64,000 nt of DNA from Dictyostelium discoideum (taxonomy: Eukaryota). Positions 38,788 to 51,707 of this stretch are shown in pieces. The first letter of the stretch is position 1; the number at the start of each line of letters is the position of its first letter. A program made the position numbers and the translations under genes. Location: the NCBI GenBank assembly GCA_000004695.1, contig CM000150.2, positions 256,001-320,000 on the forward strand, in the 5' to 3' direction. The notes beneath the pieces were generated by a model. That model saw only the letters and a list, made by a program, of their open reading frames with translations, was not told the DNA's origin and did not search any database.

Positions 38788-39439
38788 AAAAAAAAAAAAA
38801 AACTAAATTAATATAGAATAAATTTAAATAAAATAAATAAAAGATACATTACACTACATTTTAAATCTCTATGAATTATCCAATGGGAATGTAAATATTC
38901 TACAGCTCTTAATAATTGAAGTAAAAAACATTTAATTTCTGATAGTTTGAATGGTTTATTTATATTATCGATTAGTGATGCAACATCATGTTCTAAATAT
39001 TCAAAAACTAAATATATTTTATCACCAGTAGATCCAATTACAACTTCTAATAATGAAACTATATTTGGATGTTTTATTTCTTTTAAAATTTGAATTTCTC
39101 TTAAAGAAGTCTTTTTTTTTTTAAAAAATAAATGAGAAAAAGTTTTAAATAAATAAAAAAAAAAAAAATAATAATGAGAGTAATAAAAATGTTTAACTTA
39201 CCAATGGTATTCCATCTTTATCTTGTTGACCAATTTTAACTTTTTTCAAAGCTACTATCCTCCCTGTTTCCTTATCTCTTCCTTTGGCTTTTTTAAAAAA
39301 AGTTAGAATTTTATTTCTTTAAAATTGATATGAATGTATGAATAAAAATCAAAAGATTTGTATGTTTCAACTTACAAACAATACCATACGTTCCTTCCCC
39401 AATACTATCTAATTTCTCAAAAGATAAAACAGATCGCAT
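38048..39439 (-). CDS. Cyclin-dependent kinase, PITSLRE/PISSLRE-type (CDK11/CDK10-like), 4 exons (39439..39376, 39287..39205, 39110..38853, 38740..38048)
   Basis: Spliced translation MRSVLSFEKLDSIGEGTYGIV|S KGRDKETGRIVALKKVKIGQQDKDGIPL|TSLREIQILKEIKHPNIVSLLEVV...HRDLKCS|NLLYGNNGNLKLADFGLARKFG...MVTLWYRSPELLLG...KRITASDAIKHPFF, followed by an N/Q tail. The PLTSLRE motif is a variant of PITSLRE. Donors are gtaagt, gtaagt and gtaatg; splice phases were verified. Confidence 0.85.
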
Positions 39440-39522
39440 TTGGTGAGGAGTAGAAAAAAAAAAAAAATAAAAAAAAATAAAAAATAAAAAAATTTTAATT
39501 TTGCAGGCACACAAAGCCTGTA

Positions 39523-39555
<33 letters not shown>

Positions 39556-41164
39556 AATTATTTATCATTCTTTTATTGTAATTGTTTTTTTATTTTGAGG
39601 AACAACTAGAGGGAATATATATATATAAATAAATAATTTTTTTAAAAAAAAAATAAAATTGGTTTGATTGGTTTATTTTTTATTTTTTATTTTTTTTATT
39701 TTTTTTTTTTTTTATGCCAAGTTTGGGTTATTAAAATAAATTTAAATTAATAAAAAAAAAAGTGACGTTTTAGGAAGGAGTTTATCATTTTACACTTTAT
39801 GATATTGAAATTAAAATTTATTATTATTATTATTATTTTTAATATTTATATAATTTTTTAATAATAAATTTTTATATCTTAAAATAAATCTTGTTTCGAG
39901 TTATTCTTTTTTTTTTTTTTTATTATTATTTTTAAAATTACAATTTTATTATTTTACTAAATAGAAAAAAAGTATAAATTAATTTAACAGATTTTTTAAA
40001 AAAATTTGTAGCCATATTTCTTGCCTTTTCAAATCTGACGATGTATTAATTTAAAAAATAATTTGATATTATTTTTTTTTTTTTTTTTACACAAACATAT
40101 ATCTTTTCCAATTACAATATTAACAATCGAACCACAGCAAAAAGGAAATTAGAAAAAACAGCAAATAAAGATTTAATCATTGAAAAATATCTTATCATCA
40201 ATACTTCAATGAAAAACTAATATCTTTTTCTTAAATTACCAAAGTTTACTTCTAATTCAATTCCTCTTTTTAGGGAAAATTAAAGTGAGATAAAAAGATA
40301 GACAAATGATAAAAAAAAAAAACTAAAAAAAAAAAAAAAAAATTTTTTGTGTATATCTTCTTTTTTAATTTTTCAAAAGATCACATATGTGTTTGATACA
40401 ATTTTAAAAATTGTAATGTAAATATTTTTTAAAGAAATCTTTTTCTTTTGGTCCATTAATAAATTTCCATTATAAACAAAAAAAAAAAAAAAAAAAAAAA
40501 AGGAATTAGATATATTACAAATTTTACGAAAAAAAAAGGTTATTTTGGGATGATTTATTTTTTTTTTATTTTATTAATAATTTTTTTTTTTTTTATTTGT
40601 ATTTTTTAATTTTCTGAAAAGTTTTAATAAATCTAAAAGGGTAAAAGGAAAAAGTTTTTTAAATCTAACTTTTTTTTTTTTTTTTTTTCCAATTTACAAT
40701 TTAAAATTTTATTTATTTTTTTTAATTATTTTTTTTATTTTTTTATTTTTTTATTTGAAAAAAAAAGTTTAAATAACAATTTAACCCATTTTATTTTTAG
40801 AAAATAATAACCATACCTGTCCCATTGAACTTGCTCAACCCATTACTTTGATAGAAAAAAAAAAAAAAAAAATTTTATAAAAAAAAAAAAAAATAAAAAT
40901 CGTTTTGTTTAAACCATCTTTGCAATAATTTTGAAATTGATTGTGAGAAAATTCACAAACTTTCAAGTAATAGTGTTAACAAAAACCATATGATCAATCA
41001 TATTATAGTAATGACTAATTTTAACTTTTAAAAAAAAAAAAATAAAAAAAAAACAAAATTAAATAATAGTATAACTTTAAAAATAATAAAAAAAAAAAAA
41101 ATAACAATAATAAAAACAAAATAGTGTTTAGTGTTTCTGGGTGTAAACAATTGATATAAATAAA

Positions 41165-41195
<31 letters not shown>

Positions 41196-41764
41196 CTTTT
41201 TTTCTGATATTAATTATTTGTGTGGGCTTGGGAGTGAGGGTTTAAAAATAAGGTTCAATTAACGAATATGAGATAGAGGGTGATTGTACAAACATAAGAA
41301 AAAAAAAAAAAAAATAAAATAAAATAATAAAAAAAAAATAATAAAAAAAAAAAAAATCAAAATCTTAATTAATTTTGAATTAATGTGTGGTGTCGCAATA
41401 AGGTTAACCACTAAAAGTATGAACACATTAAAATTAATATGAAGAATGAAAATAAAATAAAAAAAATGAAAATGAATAAAAAAAAAAAATTTTGAAAAAA
41501 AAAAAAAATGATATATCTGTGAAAATCTCACAAAATTCTTTCTGTGGTAATGGGGTACATTTGCACAATTTTGAAATCACCACTAATTTCAACATAAATT
41601 ATTTTATTTTTATTATTATTATTTTTTTTTTTTATTTTATTTTGCTCACAAAATCCCTTTAAAAATTAAAAAATCACTCAATTACACACATACACACACA
41701 CAACACCTAATTTTAATACCATTTTTAAAATAATAGAAAAAAAAAAAAAAAAAACAAAAAATAA

Positions 41765-41795
<31 letters not shown>

Positions 41796-42338
41796 TTAAA
41801 TAATAAAAAAAAAATTATAAAAACCTTTTTTTTATTTTTTTATTTCATTTTTTAAAAAATATTTTTTCTCTCAATCTTGTTTGATCACTAATCAATCAAA
41901 AACAATTATTTAAATAAAAAAAAAAAATTGAATTTTTTTATTTTTATATTATTTATTTGTAATATTACTATCAGTACCATTATTTGTATTATTATTATTT
42001 AATTATCATCTCTTTCTTATAATTTATTTAATCATATTTTTATTTATCGTTGTTATAACTTAACTTATCCACATTTTTATTTTTACACAAAAAACAAAAA
42101 AAAAAAAAAAAAAAAAATTTTATTTATTTATTTATTTATTTATTTATTAATTAATTAACCACAAATTAATAATCATTTTTTTTTTAACACCCATTCAACG
42201 AAATAAAAATAATAAAAATAATAAAAATAATAAAAATAATATTACAAAAAAAAAAAAAAAAATAATAATAATTTTATTATAAATTAAACTATATAAATCA
42301 CACTTTACCCCATTAAAAATAACGTCAGGTTTGTGTAG

Positions 42339-42379
<41 letters not shown>

Positions 42380-42526
42380 AAATAAAATATAAAAAAAAAA
42401 AAAATAAAAATAATTGTAATAATTTATAATATTAATAAAATAAAAAAAAAATAAAATTAAAAAAACTAAAATAACTTGTAGTATATAAATTTAAATTAAA
42501 TTATAAAAAAAAAATAAAAAATAAAA

Positions 42527-44350
42527 ATGAATAAAAAAATTATAATTTTAATTTATTTAATTTTTATTAAATCGATTGTTGGACAAAATCCAGTTTGGAT
42601 TGGTGGTAGTGGTTGTAATTTATTTACAGATTCATCATGTTGGAGTCCATCAACAAGCCCATTAACAACTGATATAGTTACAATGGGAGTTGATTCTACA
42701 CAAACTGTTGTCGATGGTGATATAACCATTACAACATTGATAAATAATAATTTAACATTGGGAGGTGTTGAAATGAGTTCAACTATTTCTTTGGAAATTA
42801 TAGATACATCATTAATTGTGAGTGGAGCATTTTCCATGGCCACAAATTCAAGATTAAGTTTAAGTCTATCCGATTCCTATGCAAACTCATTGGTTAGTGG
42901 AAGTGCAACTAGAAATGCTGTAAATGTTTTAATGAATTTACAAAGTATGCAAACTTTAATGGTTGGCTCAAGTTTTACAATGACTGGAAATTCCGTATTG
43001 GATGTCAATCGTTCCATCTCAACAATTAATGGTGTTTTCACAATGAATGATGACACTTCATTATTTATGTACTCTAAACAAAATGGTGATTCAAAATTCA
43101 CCGTTGGCAATAGTGTTCTCAATGATGCTTCATCATTAAATTTCCAAGGTCAATCATTTATTTTTTTCAACCAAACTAATTTACCATCTGGTTTAGTATT
43201 GAATGATCAAAGTAAAATAGTTGCCATTGATGCTGATAATGTTAAAATATCTGGTGTTGTTACATTGAATGATCAATCGAGTATTCAATTAACTTCATCA
43301 CGTTTATATTTGGATAGTTTAGTAACTGCTACCACAAGTTCAATCCTTGTAAACAATTCAACACTTTCAATACTTCAATCTATACCAACCACTTTCTCTC
43401 CAGCATCTGCCGTTTTCAAAGGTTCAGTATTTACAATTAAATCAAATTGTACAATTCAATCACCAATTACAATGATTGATTCTGTTTATTCCTTTAATCA
43501 AAGCCATACTCTTGCAAGTCAATTCACAGGTTCCAATGTTTACATGATTATGGACGCAGCCATATTGAATGCAGGCAACTATTACGATTGTAGTGGTTGT
43601 AGTTTATCAATGAGAAATTCAATTGCCAACTTTGATTCATATGAAAACCAAGGTGATTTAATTTTGTCATCAAGTAAATTAAATAGTAATGCTCCAATTA
43701 CATCAAACACTGGTTCTATCTTTGGTTACTATGGTGAATTGAATCAAGCCCTCACTGTTGAATCTGGTTCATTGGGTGTTTACAATGAAAAGACAAGACT
43801 CTTTGTAAATGGTAATGTCATTGTTGAATCTGGTGCTAAAATTCAATTCTATCTTTCATCACCATTAGATTTCAGTTGGTTGAATACAAGTGGTTCATTG
43901 GATGTTCAATCTGGTACAATCATTGAAATCTATGTTTACATTGAAATTTTAAATAATGGTTCAATGGAAGTCATTAAAACTTCGAATGGTTTCGTTACTC
44001 CATTGTCAACCGATAATGTTAAATTATATACTTACGATCCAGATAATGATGTTATCACTGATTTTTCAACTACTGGTGGTTGTGAATACTCAATTTCAAT
44101 TACAAATACATCAGTATTGGTTCACACTGATTATGCTTGTCAACAAGCAATAATTACACTTGGAACTGATGGTATCTCTAAAGGTTCATTAGCTGGTATC
44201 TCTGTTAGTATGGTTGCTTTGGCTTGTTTCGTTTCATTAGGTGTTTGGTGGAAAACTTCAAAAAAGAATGATCAAAGAAATGATTCTCAAGTTTTAACAA
44301 ATTTCTCTCAAAATAAATCTGATGATATCGATGTTGAAAGAAAATTATAA
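42527..44350 (+). CDS. Hypothetical type I membrane (glyco)protein: signal peptide, Ser/Thr/Asn-rich ectodomain, single C-terminal TM helix and short charged tail
   Basis: 607-aa ORF. The N-terminus MNKKIIILIYLIFIKSIVGQ is a signal peptide. There are many N-x-S/T sites. The C-terminus has a TM segment (GISVSMVALACFVSLGVWW) followed by KTSKKNDQRND. Confidence 0.65.
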   Translation: MNKKIIILIYLIFIKSIVGQNPVWIGGSGCNLFTDSSCWSPSTSPLTTDIVTMGVDSTQTVVDGDITITTLINNNLTLGGVEMSSTISLEIIDTSLIVSGAFSMATNSRLSLSLSDSYANSLVSGSATRNAVNVLMNLQSMQTLMVGSSFTMTGNSVLDVNRSISTINGVFTMNDDTSLFMYSKQNGDSKFTVGNSVLNDASSLNFQGQSFIFFNQTNLPSGLVLNDQSKIVAIDADNVKISGVVTLNDQSSIQLTSSRLYLDSLVTATTSSILVNNSTLSILQSIPTTFSPASAVFKGSVFTIKSNCTIQSPITMIDSVYSFNQSHTLASQFTGSNVYMIMDAAILNAGNYYDCSGCSLSMRNSIANFDSYENQGDLILSSSKLNSNAPITSNTGSIFGYYGELNQALTVESGSLGVYNEKTRLFVNGNVIVESGAKIQFYLSSPLDFSWLNTSGSLDVQSGTIIEIYVYIEILNNGSMEVIKTSNGFVTPLSTDNVKLYTYDPDNDVITDFSTTGGCEYSISITNTSVLVHTDYACQQAIITLGTDGISKGSLAGISVSMVALACFVSLGVWWKTSKKNDQRNDSQVLTNFSQNKSDDIDVERKL

Positions 44351-44607
44351 AATCAAAAAAAAAAAAAAAAAATTAAAATTTAAATAATAATTTAAATACA
44401 GAATTATTAAAAAAAAAAAAAAAAAAAAGAAAATTAAACAATTAAATTAATAAAAAAAAAAAAAACATGTAATTTTATTTATTTATAAAAAATTATTTTT
44501 TATTGTTTTTTATTTATTATATCATTATTATTATTATTATTATTATTGTTATTATTTTAAAATTTAATTTAAATCTTTATTAATTATTGTTTTTATAAAT
44601 TTGTATT

Positions 44608-47232
44608 TTAATCCCAACCATCATCCCAACCATCAGATTTGGAAGCAGTTACAATTGTTTTCTTTTCAACAGTTTTTTTAATATTTGAAGTGGTTGTAGA
44701 AGGAACTTGAATTTCATCATTACCCCAACCATCATCGTCACCCCAACCATCTGAATTATTATTTTTATTGTTATTATTTTTATTCACTATATTACTTGAA
44801 GAAGAAGAAGTATCTTCTTCATCAAAAGAGTATTTTGGTTTATTTTTAGATACTAAAGACATTGGTTTGTTATCTAATTTATTTGATGTTGAAGAAGAAG
44901 ATGATGATGTTGAAGATGGTTTTGGAGTGAGTCTTGGTAAATCTTCTTTATATTTACTATAATCTTCTTCTTGATAGTCTTCATCGTCATCATCATCATC
45001 ATCATTGTCTTCAACCTTATATTTTGAAGATTTTGATGGTGTATTAGTAGTTGTTTGTTTCTTTGGTGGTTCTTGATAATCATTATCACCCCAACCATCA
45101 TGTATAACTTTAGTTGGTTGTTTATTTTGTAATGATTTATTATTTTGATTATTATTTTGATTATTATTTTGATTATTATTTTGATTATTATTTTGATTAT
45201 TATTTTGATTAATTGGTGGAGATTTATAACCATTATTATTATTTTGGTTAATTGGTGGAGTATTAGTATTATTATTATTATTTGTTGCAGTAATTGGAGA
45301 ATTTTCACCACTATAAAGTTTTTTAGTAATTCCAACAGCCCAACCTAACATTGAGTCTTGTGAATTTTGATTTGGATCATTTGGATTTGTATTTAAAGTT
45401 GAACCATTTTGTTGTTGTTGTTGTGGTGATGATGGTAAAATTGAATCAACATTCTTTTCAATTTTTTGTAAAAACATATTTATAGCGGTGAAAGCAGAAG
45501 TTCTAATTGATTTTTCAGGTGAGATTAGCATTCTTGAAACCTCTGGTATGACACGAGTTGCTAATTCCTCTAAACTATAGTTTGATATTGTAAACATGAA
45601 AGCTTGAATAGCAGCATTTTGAGAAGGAACGAAAGGATCCTTCAAGGCAGTTGAAAAGGCGGGTATTAAAACTCGTTTCTTTGTTGCCTCATTCATGTAT
45701 TCGGTTATTCTACCCAAACAAATGGTAGTGTTACATCTGACACCAGCTTGTTGATCTTTTTGAAGTGCAGCGAAATATTTCAAAAGAATGATCATTGTTT
45801 TCTCTTGTAACTTTGGTGCAAATAGTAACATTGATTTAATGGTTAACTCTTTCAAAGTTGGATTATCATTGAAACCATTGACAACATGTGGAAATATTTG
45901 ATCATTAATAGTGGCCTCATTCAAATGTTGGATATAATGTTCTAAATTCTCCAATAGATTAATACGCAATGCTCTATCATCACATGCAAACCATTTAACA
46001 ACACTTGGTACAATTCTACTATTATACTCCTCTGTTGATAAATTTGATCCAATCTTTAACAAAGTACTTAATAATCTTGGATTGACTGGTCCCAAATCAA
46101 ATGCTGTAACTAAATGTGGTAAAATTTTAAATTTACAAATATTAATTGGTATTTTTTCAATATGTTGATCTAATTTTCTAAATAAATAAAAAATAAAAAT
46201 ATATTAGTATTTTCATGAAAAAAATAATAACTTTTATTAATAAAATAATAATTACTTAAAAAATTGTTCTTTTTCAAAAGTATCTTTTAATGTTATATTT
46301 TCAAGGAAAACTAAAGTTTCAACAAAAACATTTTGAAAATATGGTGATTCTAAAAACTTTTGAGGATTTAATCTTGATTCAGTTTTAACAGCAAATGATT
46401 TTTGATAGGCTTGATGTAATTGTTTTGGTATTTGATCTAAATTCTTTATATCTTCTGCCTTTGTCATTGTACCATTATAACATTCATACATTAAACAACC
46501 TAACATCCAAGAATCGATACTATACGATGGTGATTGTTGAATTTGTTGCCATTGTGATTTCATTATCTCTGGTGATTTATATTTATTTGGTATTAAATCA
46601 TTATGATTCCTTAATATACTATTATTTATATCCTTTACATCCGATACGAAATCCAATCCACCAATTTGCCAATCACCACCTTTATTAACAAATATACTAC
46701 TACTTTGAATATTACCATGTGTTAAATTACATTTATTATTTAAAAATGATAATCCTTCCTGAAAAAAAAAAAAAAAAAAAATTAAGTTAAAATATAAGTT
46801 AATAAATAAACATAATATGCTTATATGTTTATATGTTTATAATTGAATATACATTACAGTTACTTGATATAAACCCCATGAAATTGCATTTTCAAAATTT
46901 CTAATATCTTCTAAAAGTTCATCTAATAGTTGAATAGGTTCTGTAACAATGTAAATATTAGTTTCAGTTTCTAAACCATCTAAATACTTTAAAACATTTG
47001 GATGACGAGTAGTTTTTGCACGTTTGAAACCATTCTTTGCAACTTCTAATTTTGATGGGTTCTTTTTAATATCGAAACTAAATATTGATACTGCACTTCC
47101 ATCTTCTTTCTTTGTACCTGAATGTAATGTCCAAATTGATTTCCCAACATATCCTGTCACAATCGGTCCTATATTATATGGGAATGATTGTGATGCTGTT
47201 AAGTTTTGTCCCATTAATTTAAATATATACAT
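44608..47232 (-). CDS. SCY1-like protein (SCYL1/NTKL-type pseudokinase with HEAT repeats), 3 exons (47232..46858, 46758..46256, 46177..44608)
   Basis: Exon 1 is MYIFKLMGQNL...SIWTLHSGTKKEDGSAVSIFSFD...RHPNVLKYLDGLETE...AISWGLYQVT. Exon 2 (EGLSFLNNKCNLTHGNIQSSSIFVNKGGDWQIGGLDFVSD...QFF) parallels human SCYL1 [46 protein letters not shown]...EKQKFFQEL. Exon 3 holds the HEAT region and an N/Q-rich C-terminus with a repeated DGWGDD motif. Donors are gtaatg and gtaatt. Confidence 0.85.
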
Positions 47233-47270
47233 TTTTTTTTATTTGAAATTGTTTGATCGATTTTAACAAT

Positions 47271-47306
<36 letters not shown>

Positions 47307-47381
47307 AATGTAATAAATAAAAAAAAAAGGATGGAGCAAAATTAAAATGTATTAAAAAAACACCTTGCAAAATTTTTGAAA

Positions 47382-47439
<58 letters not shown>

Positions 47440-47781
47440 CAATTAACCTGTTATTTATATTGAAATTTATTTTTAATTAAAAAAAATTTATAATTGTTTA
47501 AATTAATTTTTGCCTGATTTATTACTAATTTATTATTTTATTATTATCATTTATTTATTTCTTTGAAAACTTAGGATTGGAAACTTAGTTTCAGAATTAT
47601 TCTTCACCAAATATTAAATAAAAACCATTACAAAAAAAAATAAAAAATTAAAATAAAAAATCCTTTTTAATGATTTTTAGATTATTATTATTTGTTTTTT
47701 TTTTTTTTTTAATTAAAAATTCACTTTTTTATTTTTTTTTTTTTTATTTTTTTTATTATTTTTATAATTTCATTACGATTT

Positions 47782-48036
47782 TTGTTTTTCAAAAATTATT
47801 ACACAAAGATGAACGACAACAATGACAACAACAACAATAACAAAAATATAGATAATGTGGATGATGATAATGATGATAATGATAAAGGAAAATATAAAGG
47901 AAATGAATTTTCAATATTAGAAAAAAGTTTAAATAAATTATTAAATAACGTAGAGACTTTTAAAAATTATAATAATCAAATGATTGAATCAAATAATAAA
48001 ACAGTGGATTTTGTTCATTCAAGATTCAATAAATAA
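47782..48036 (+). CDS. Hypothetical small acidic protein (about 75-84 aa); the likely start is the ATG at 47809
   Basis: ORF MNDNNDNNNNNKNIDNVDDDNDDNDKGKYKGNEFSILEKSLNKLLNNVETFKNYNNQMIESNNKTVDFVHSRFNK. It is divergently oriented to SCYL1, consistent with a shared promoter. No homolog recognised. Confidence 0.35.
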   Translation: MFFKNYYTKMNDNNDNNNNNKNIDNVDDDNDDNDKGKYKGNEFSILEKSLNKLLNNVETFKNYNNQMIESNNKTVDFVHSRFNK

Positions 48037-48448
48037 TTTTTTTTTTTTTTTCATTTACTTGATTTTTATTAATTTTAAGAATATAAAAATAAAAATAAAA
48101 ATAAAAATAAAAATAAAAATAGAAATAGAAATAAAATTTATTTTTAAAAGTAATAAAGTAAGTTTCATTTGTTAATAATTTTATTTTTATTTTTTATTTT
48201 TTCATTCTTCCTAAAAATTCCAAAAATATTAATGTTAATTCTTAATTTGTAATAATTGTAGAAAGTTTGGTTCAGAAGAGGGGTGTAATAATAAAAAATT
48301 GAAATTTATAATCAATCAATCGATCAAAACATTTCATTATCAAATAAATAATCAATTTCACACCCATACACACACTTACACACACATGAATATAATACAA
48401 ATTAATAAATGGTTACTTTAATTATATTTTTAATTAGATTATTTTTAA

Positions 48449-48745
48449 TTAGATTATTTTATTGAGATTATATAAATTTTTAATTTTATAAAATATGTTT
48501 AAATCACCAACATTTTCCGGTAACTGATAGTTTGAATCATTTAAATAATTTGATAATATAGATCTTGTAATTTTCCCACCCATTGGTATTGGTAGTTCAA
48601 GAATAATTATAATTTTACTTAAAAAAGTAGATGGATTAAAATCATTTGAAATTATAAAATTAATTTCATTTTTTAATTGATCTATTTCAATATGATGATC
48701 ACCAGCATTTTTTAAAACCAATAATGCAACTAATTGATTTAAATT
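48449..48745 (-). pseudogene. Truncated copy of the C-terminal about 95 codons of the adjacent acetyl-CoA-synthetase-like genes
   Basis: Translation ...QLVALLVLKNAGDHHIEIDQLKNEINFIISNDFNPSTFLSKIIIILELPIPMGGKITRSILSNYLNDSNYQLPENVGDLNIFYKIKNLYNLNKII is near-identical to the C-terminus of the 51708..53784 gene. Similarity ends abruptly upstream and there are no N-terminal exons. Confidence 0.7.
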
Positions 48746-48918
48746 GGATGTAAAAATTTCAGCATCAAAGTGAAAAGTAATTTTATGGGGCTGGTCGCTT
48801 CTTTTTTTTTCACATTAAATACAAAATTCCAAAAAATTGATTATTATATATAGATTAATAAAAGGTTACTTTAATTTTATTTTTTTATTTTTAATTAAAT
48901 TATTTTATTAAGATATTA

Positions 48919-50988
48919 TTATTGTTTACATAAATTCTTGATGTTATAAAATAATTTCAAATCACCAATATTTTCAGGTAATTGATAATTTGAATTATTT
49001 ATAAATTTTGATATGACAGATCTTATAATTTTCCCATTAATTGATATTGGTAATTCAGGAATAATTATAATTTTACTTAAAGAAGTAGATGGATTAAAAT
49101 CATTTGAAATTATTAAATTAATTTCATTTTTTAGATGATTCATATCAATATGATGATGATCATCAGCATTTTTTAAAACCAATAATGCAACTAATTGATT
49201 TAAATTTTCAAGAGCAAATGAACAACATTCTAAAACTAATGGATGTTTTAAAATTGAACTTTCAATTTTATTTAATATAATTGATTTTCCATCATTTAAA
49301 GTTAATTGATCTTCTATTCTTGAAATTACACTAAAATATCCATTATTATCTTTAAATCCTAAATCACCAGAATTATAATAACCTTTATATTTGCTAAACA
49401 ATTGTTTAAATTTTTCATCTTTTTTATAAAATGTAGTTGCAAAACTTGGTGGCATTGGTAATTTAAATGAAATTTCACCAATTTCATTTTCACTTAATTC
49501 TTTACCATCTACAGGTGATAGTATTACTGGTTTTATGAAAACCGCAGGTACACCACAAGCAGAATATGGGATATTGGGATGACCATAGCCTAAAATATAT
49601 GTTATTCCAATTTCAGTTTGACCATATCCTCTTGAACATTTTACTTTAATTTTATTTTCAATGTAATCTGATAATGATGGATCAGTAGGTTCCCCTCCAA
49701 AACATAATACCCTTAAATTTGATAAATTATATTTTGATTTCAAATTCTCAGCATTAGGATCAGTATTAATTTGGCGTTTAATTTTTCTTGGACATACAAA
49801 AGATATTGAAATTTTATGTTTTTCCAATGTATTCCAAAAGTTTGTTTCACCAATCTCACCTAAAACAATTGTTTGACCATTTGATAAATATCCATATAGA
49901 AAACCATGAAATAATAAACCACCAATTTTATAATGAGAATGGAATCTTAGAACTAGGTTTTTTATAATCATTGTACTATAATTGTATTTTAAACAAACTA
50001 TTGAACCATTACTTCTAACAATTGATTTTGCAATTCCTGTTGTTCCACTTGTATGAAGAATATATAATGGGTGATTTGAATCTACTGGTACATATTCATA
50101 AAATGGTTTCTGTTGATTTTCTTTGATTTTATTAATTTCATTATCCCAATTTAAACAATTTGGAATTGGTTTAATGTTTTGAATGAATTTTAAATCAGAT
50201 TCATTAAAATTTCTATCATGATTTCTAAAATCAGTAATTACATGATTTGGTTTAAATTTTGATATTTCAATTGCATTTTTTAAATTTGTTGTAAACTCTA
50301 CAACTGTATCATTAATAATAGTAAAATTTGATGATAATATTAATTTAGGTGTTATTTCTTCAATTATACCGACCAATGTATTTATACTATAGCTATCATA
50401 TATTACACAATGAGTTGCACCAATACGAGCGCATGATAACATTGCAATAATTGGTTCTAATGTTGGTGCCATACAAATTAAAACATTGTCATCTTTTGTA
50501 ATATTTAAATTTAAAAGTACTCTTGAAAATTCACATACTTTTTCAAATAGTTGATTATAAGTCAATTCTATTGTTTTTTTTAAATATGGACATTCATAAA
50601 TTATTGCCACTTGATCCCTTTTTAATGGATTATTAACATTTATATCCAAAACATTATAACATGAATTAAATTTACCTCCTTGGAACCAATCAGGATAAAT
50701 TTCATCACCACTGTAGACTTTATCATAAATTTTATCCCTTTTTTTTTTTTTTATTACATTTTATAATTATTTATATATTTATAAAAATATTTTAAAAATT
50801 ATAATAAAAAAAATTAATATTACATATATTAAAAAAACTATCACGAAATTATTTAAACAATTTAAAAAAAAAGTAATAGTTTACCAATAAATATTTTTTT
50901 TTGCAACTTCATCCCAAAATTCATTTGGTTTATTATTTGCATAATTACTATCATTTTTATAATTAAATGGGTCACTTAATTTATACAT
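48919..50988 (-). CDS. Acetyl-CoA synthetase-like AMP-binding enzyme (acyl/acetate-CoA ligase family), copy A, 2 exons (50988..50885 and 50737..48919)
   Basis: Exon 1 is MYKLSDPFNYKNDSNYANNKPNEFWDEVAKKNIYW, ending at a gtaaac donor. Exon 2 begins DKIYDKVYSGDEIYPDWFQGGKFNSCYNVLDINVNNPLKRDQVAIIYE..., which fits the ACS N-terminus (FWGE...W...Y.DG.LN...CLDRH). The AMP-binding motifs are YTSGTTGIAKS and GYGQTE. The splice phase was verified. Confidence 0.8.
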
Positions 50989-51061
50989 ATATGAATTATT
51001 TATTTGTAAGCAAATATAATATTAATATTAATAATTAAAAAAAAAAAAAAAGATTAAATAA

Positions 51062-51117
<56 letters not shown>

Positions 51118-51299
51118 AAAATAAAAAAAAACCACCTTTGTTTTTGTATTTTAAAAGTGTTGTGGGATGATAAAAATTTAAACAGTTTATTATGTTTATG
51201 TTAAGAAAAAATCATCTTGGGTGTTAAAGTTTAAAAAAAAATATAGAATATTGATTTGATAAATTTATTTTGTTGGTTCAAATAAAATTTGTTTATATT

Positions 51300-51530
51300 T
51301 TGGTGTGTGGGTGTGCGAGTGTTCAAATTATAATAAAACTACACCATACTAACATTTTAATTTGATTAAAAAATTTAGTTGTCTTTAGTCTTTTTTTATT
51401 AAAGTATCATTCAGACCTAATTATAATTTATATTTAATAAAAAATAATAAAATTAATATTTTTGTATAATAATATAAAAATAATTATGATTTACTTAAAA
51501 ATATGAAGATTTAAAAAATATATTTGATAT
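51300..51530. repeat. Flank repeat copy 1 of the ACS-like tandem duplication unit (non-coding)
   Basis: gttcaaattataataaaactacaccatactaacattttaatttgattaaaaaatttagttgtctttagtctttttttattaaagtatcattcagacc... recurs with about 85% identity at 54340..54545. Confidence 0.7.
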
Positions 51531-51707
51531 TTGAAATAGTAGATAAAAAAAATAATTTTAGTTTTCTTAAATTTAAAAAAATAAAAATAAAAAAATAAAA
51601 AAAATAAAAATAAAAAATTAATCACCCATGAATATAATATAAATTAATAAAATGTTACTTTAATTGTATTTTTATTTTTAATTTAATTAAATTATTTTAT
51701 TGAGAGA

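Noticed and set aside
40125-40150. tRNA T-loop-like ggttcgatt (minus strand) at about 40133
   Set aside because: No CC plus acceptor stem follows and no D-arm or anticodon arm can be built, so it is a chance match. I found no credible tRNA anywhere in the window.
48449-48721. 90-aa ORF as an independent small gene
   Set aside because: It is a truncated duplicate of the C-terminus of the ACS-like genes with no upstream exons. It is annotated as a pseudogene fragment instead.
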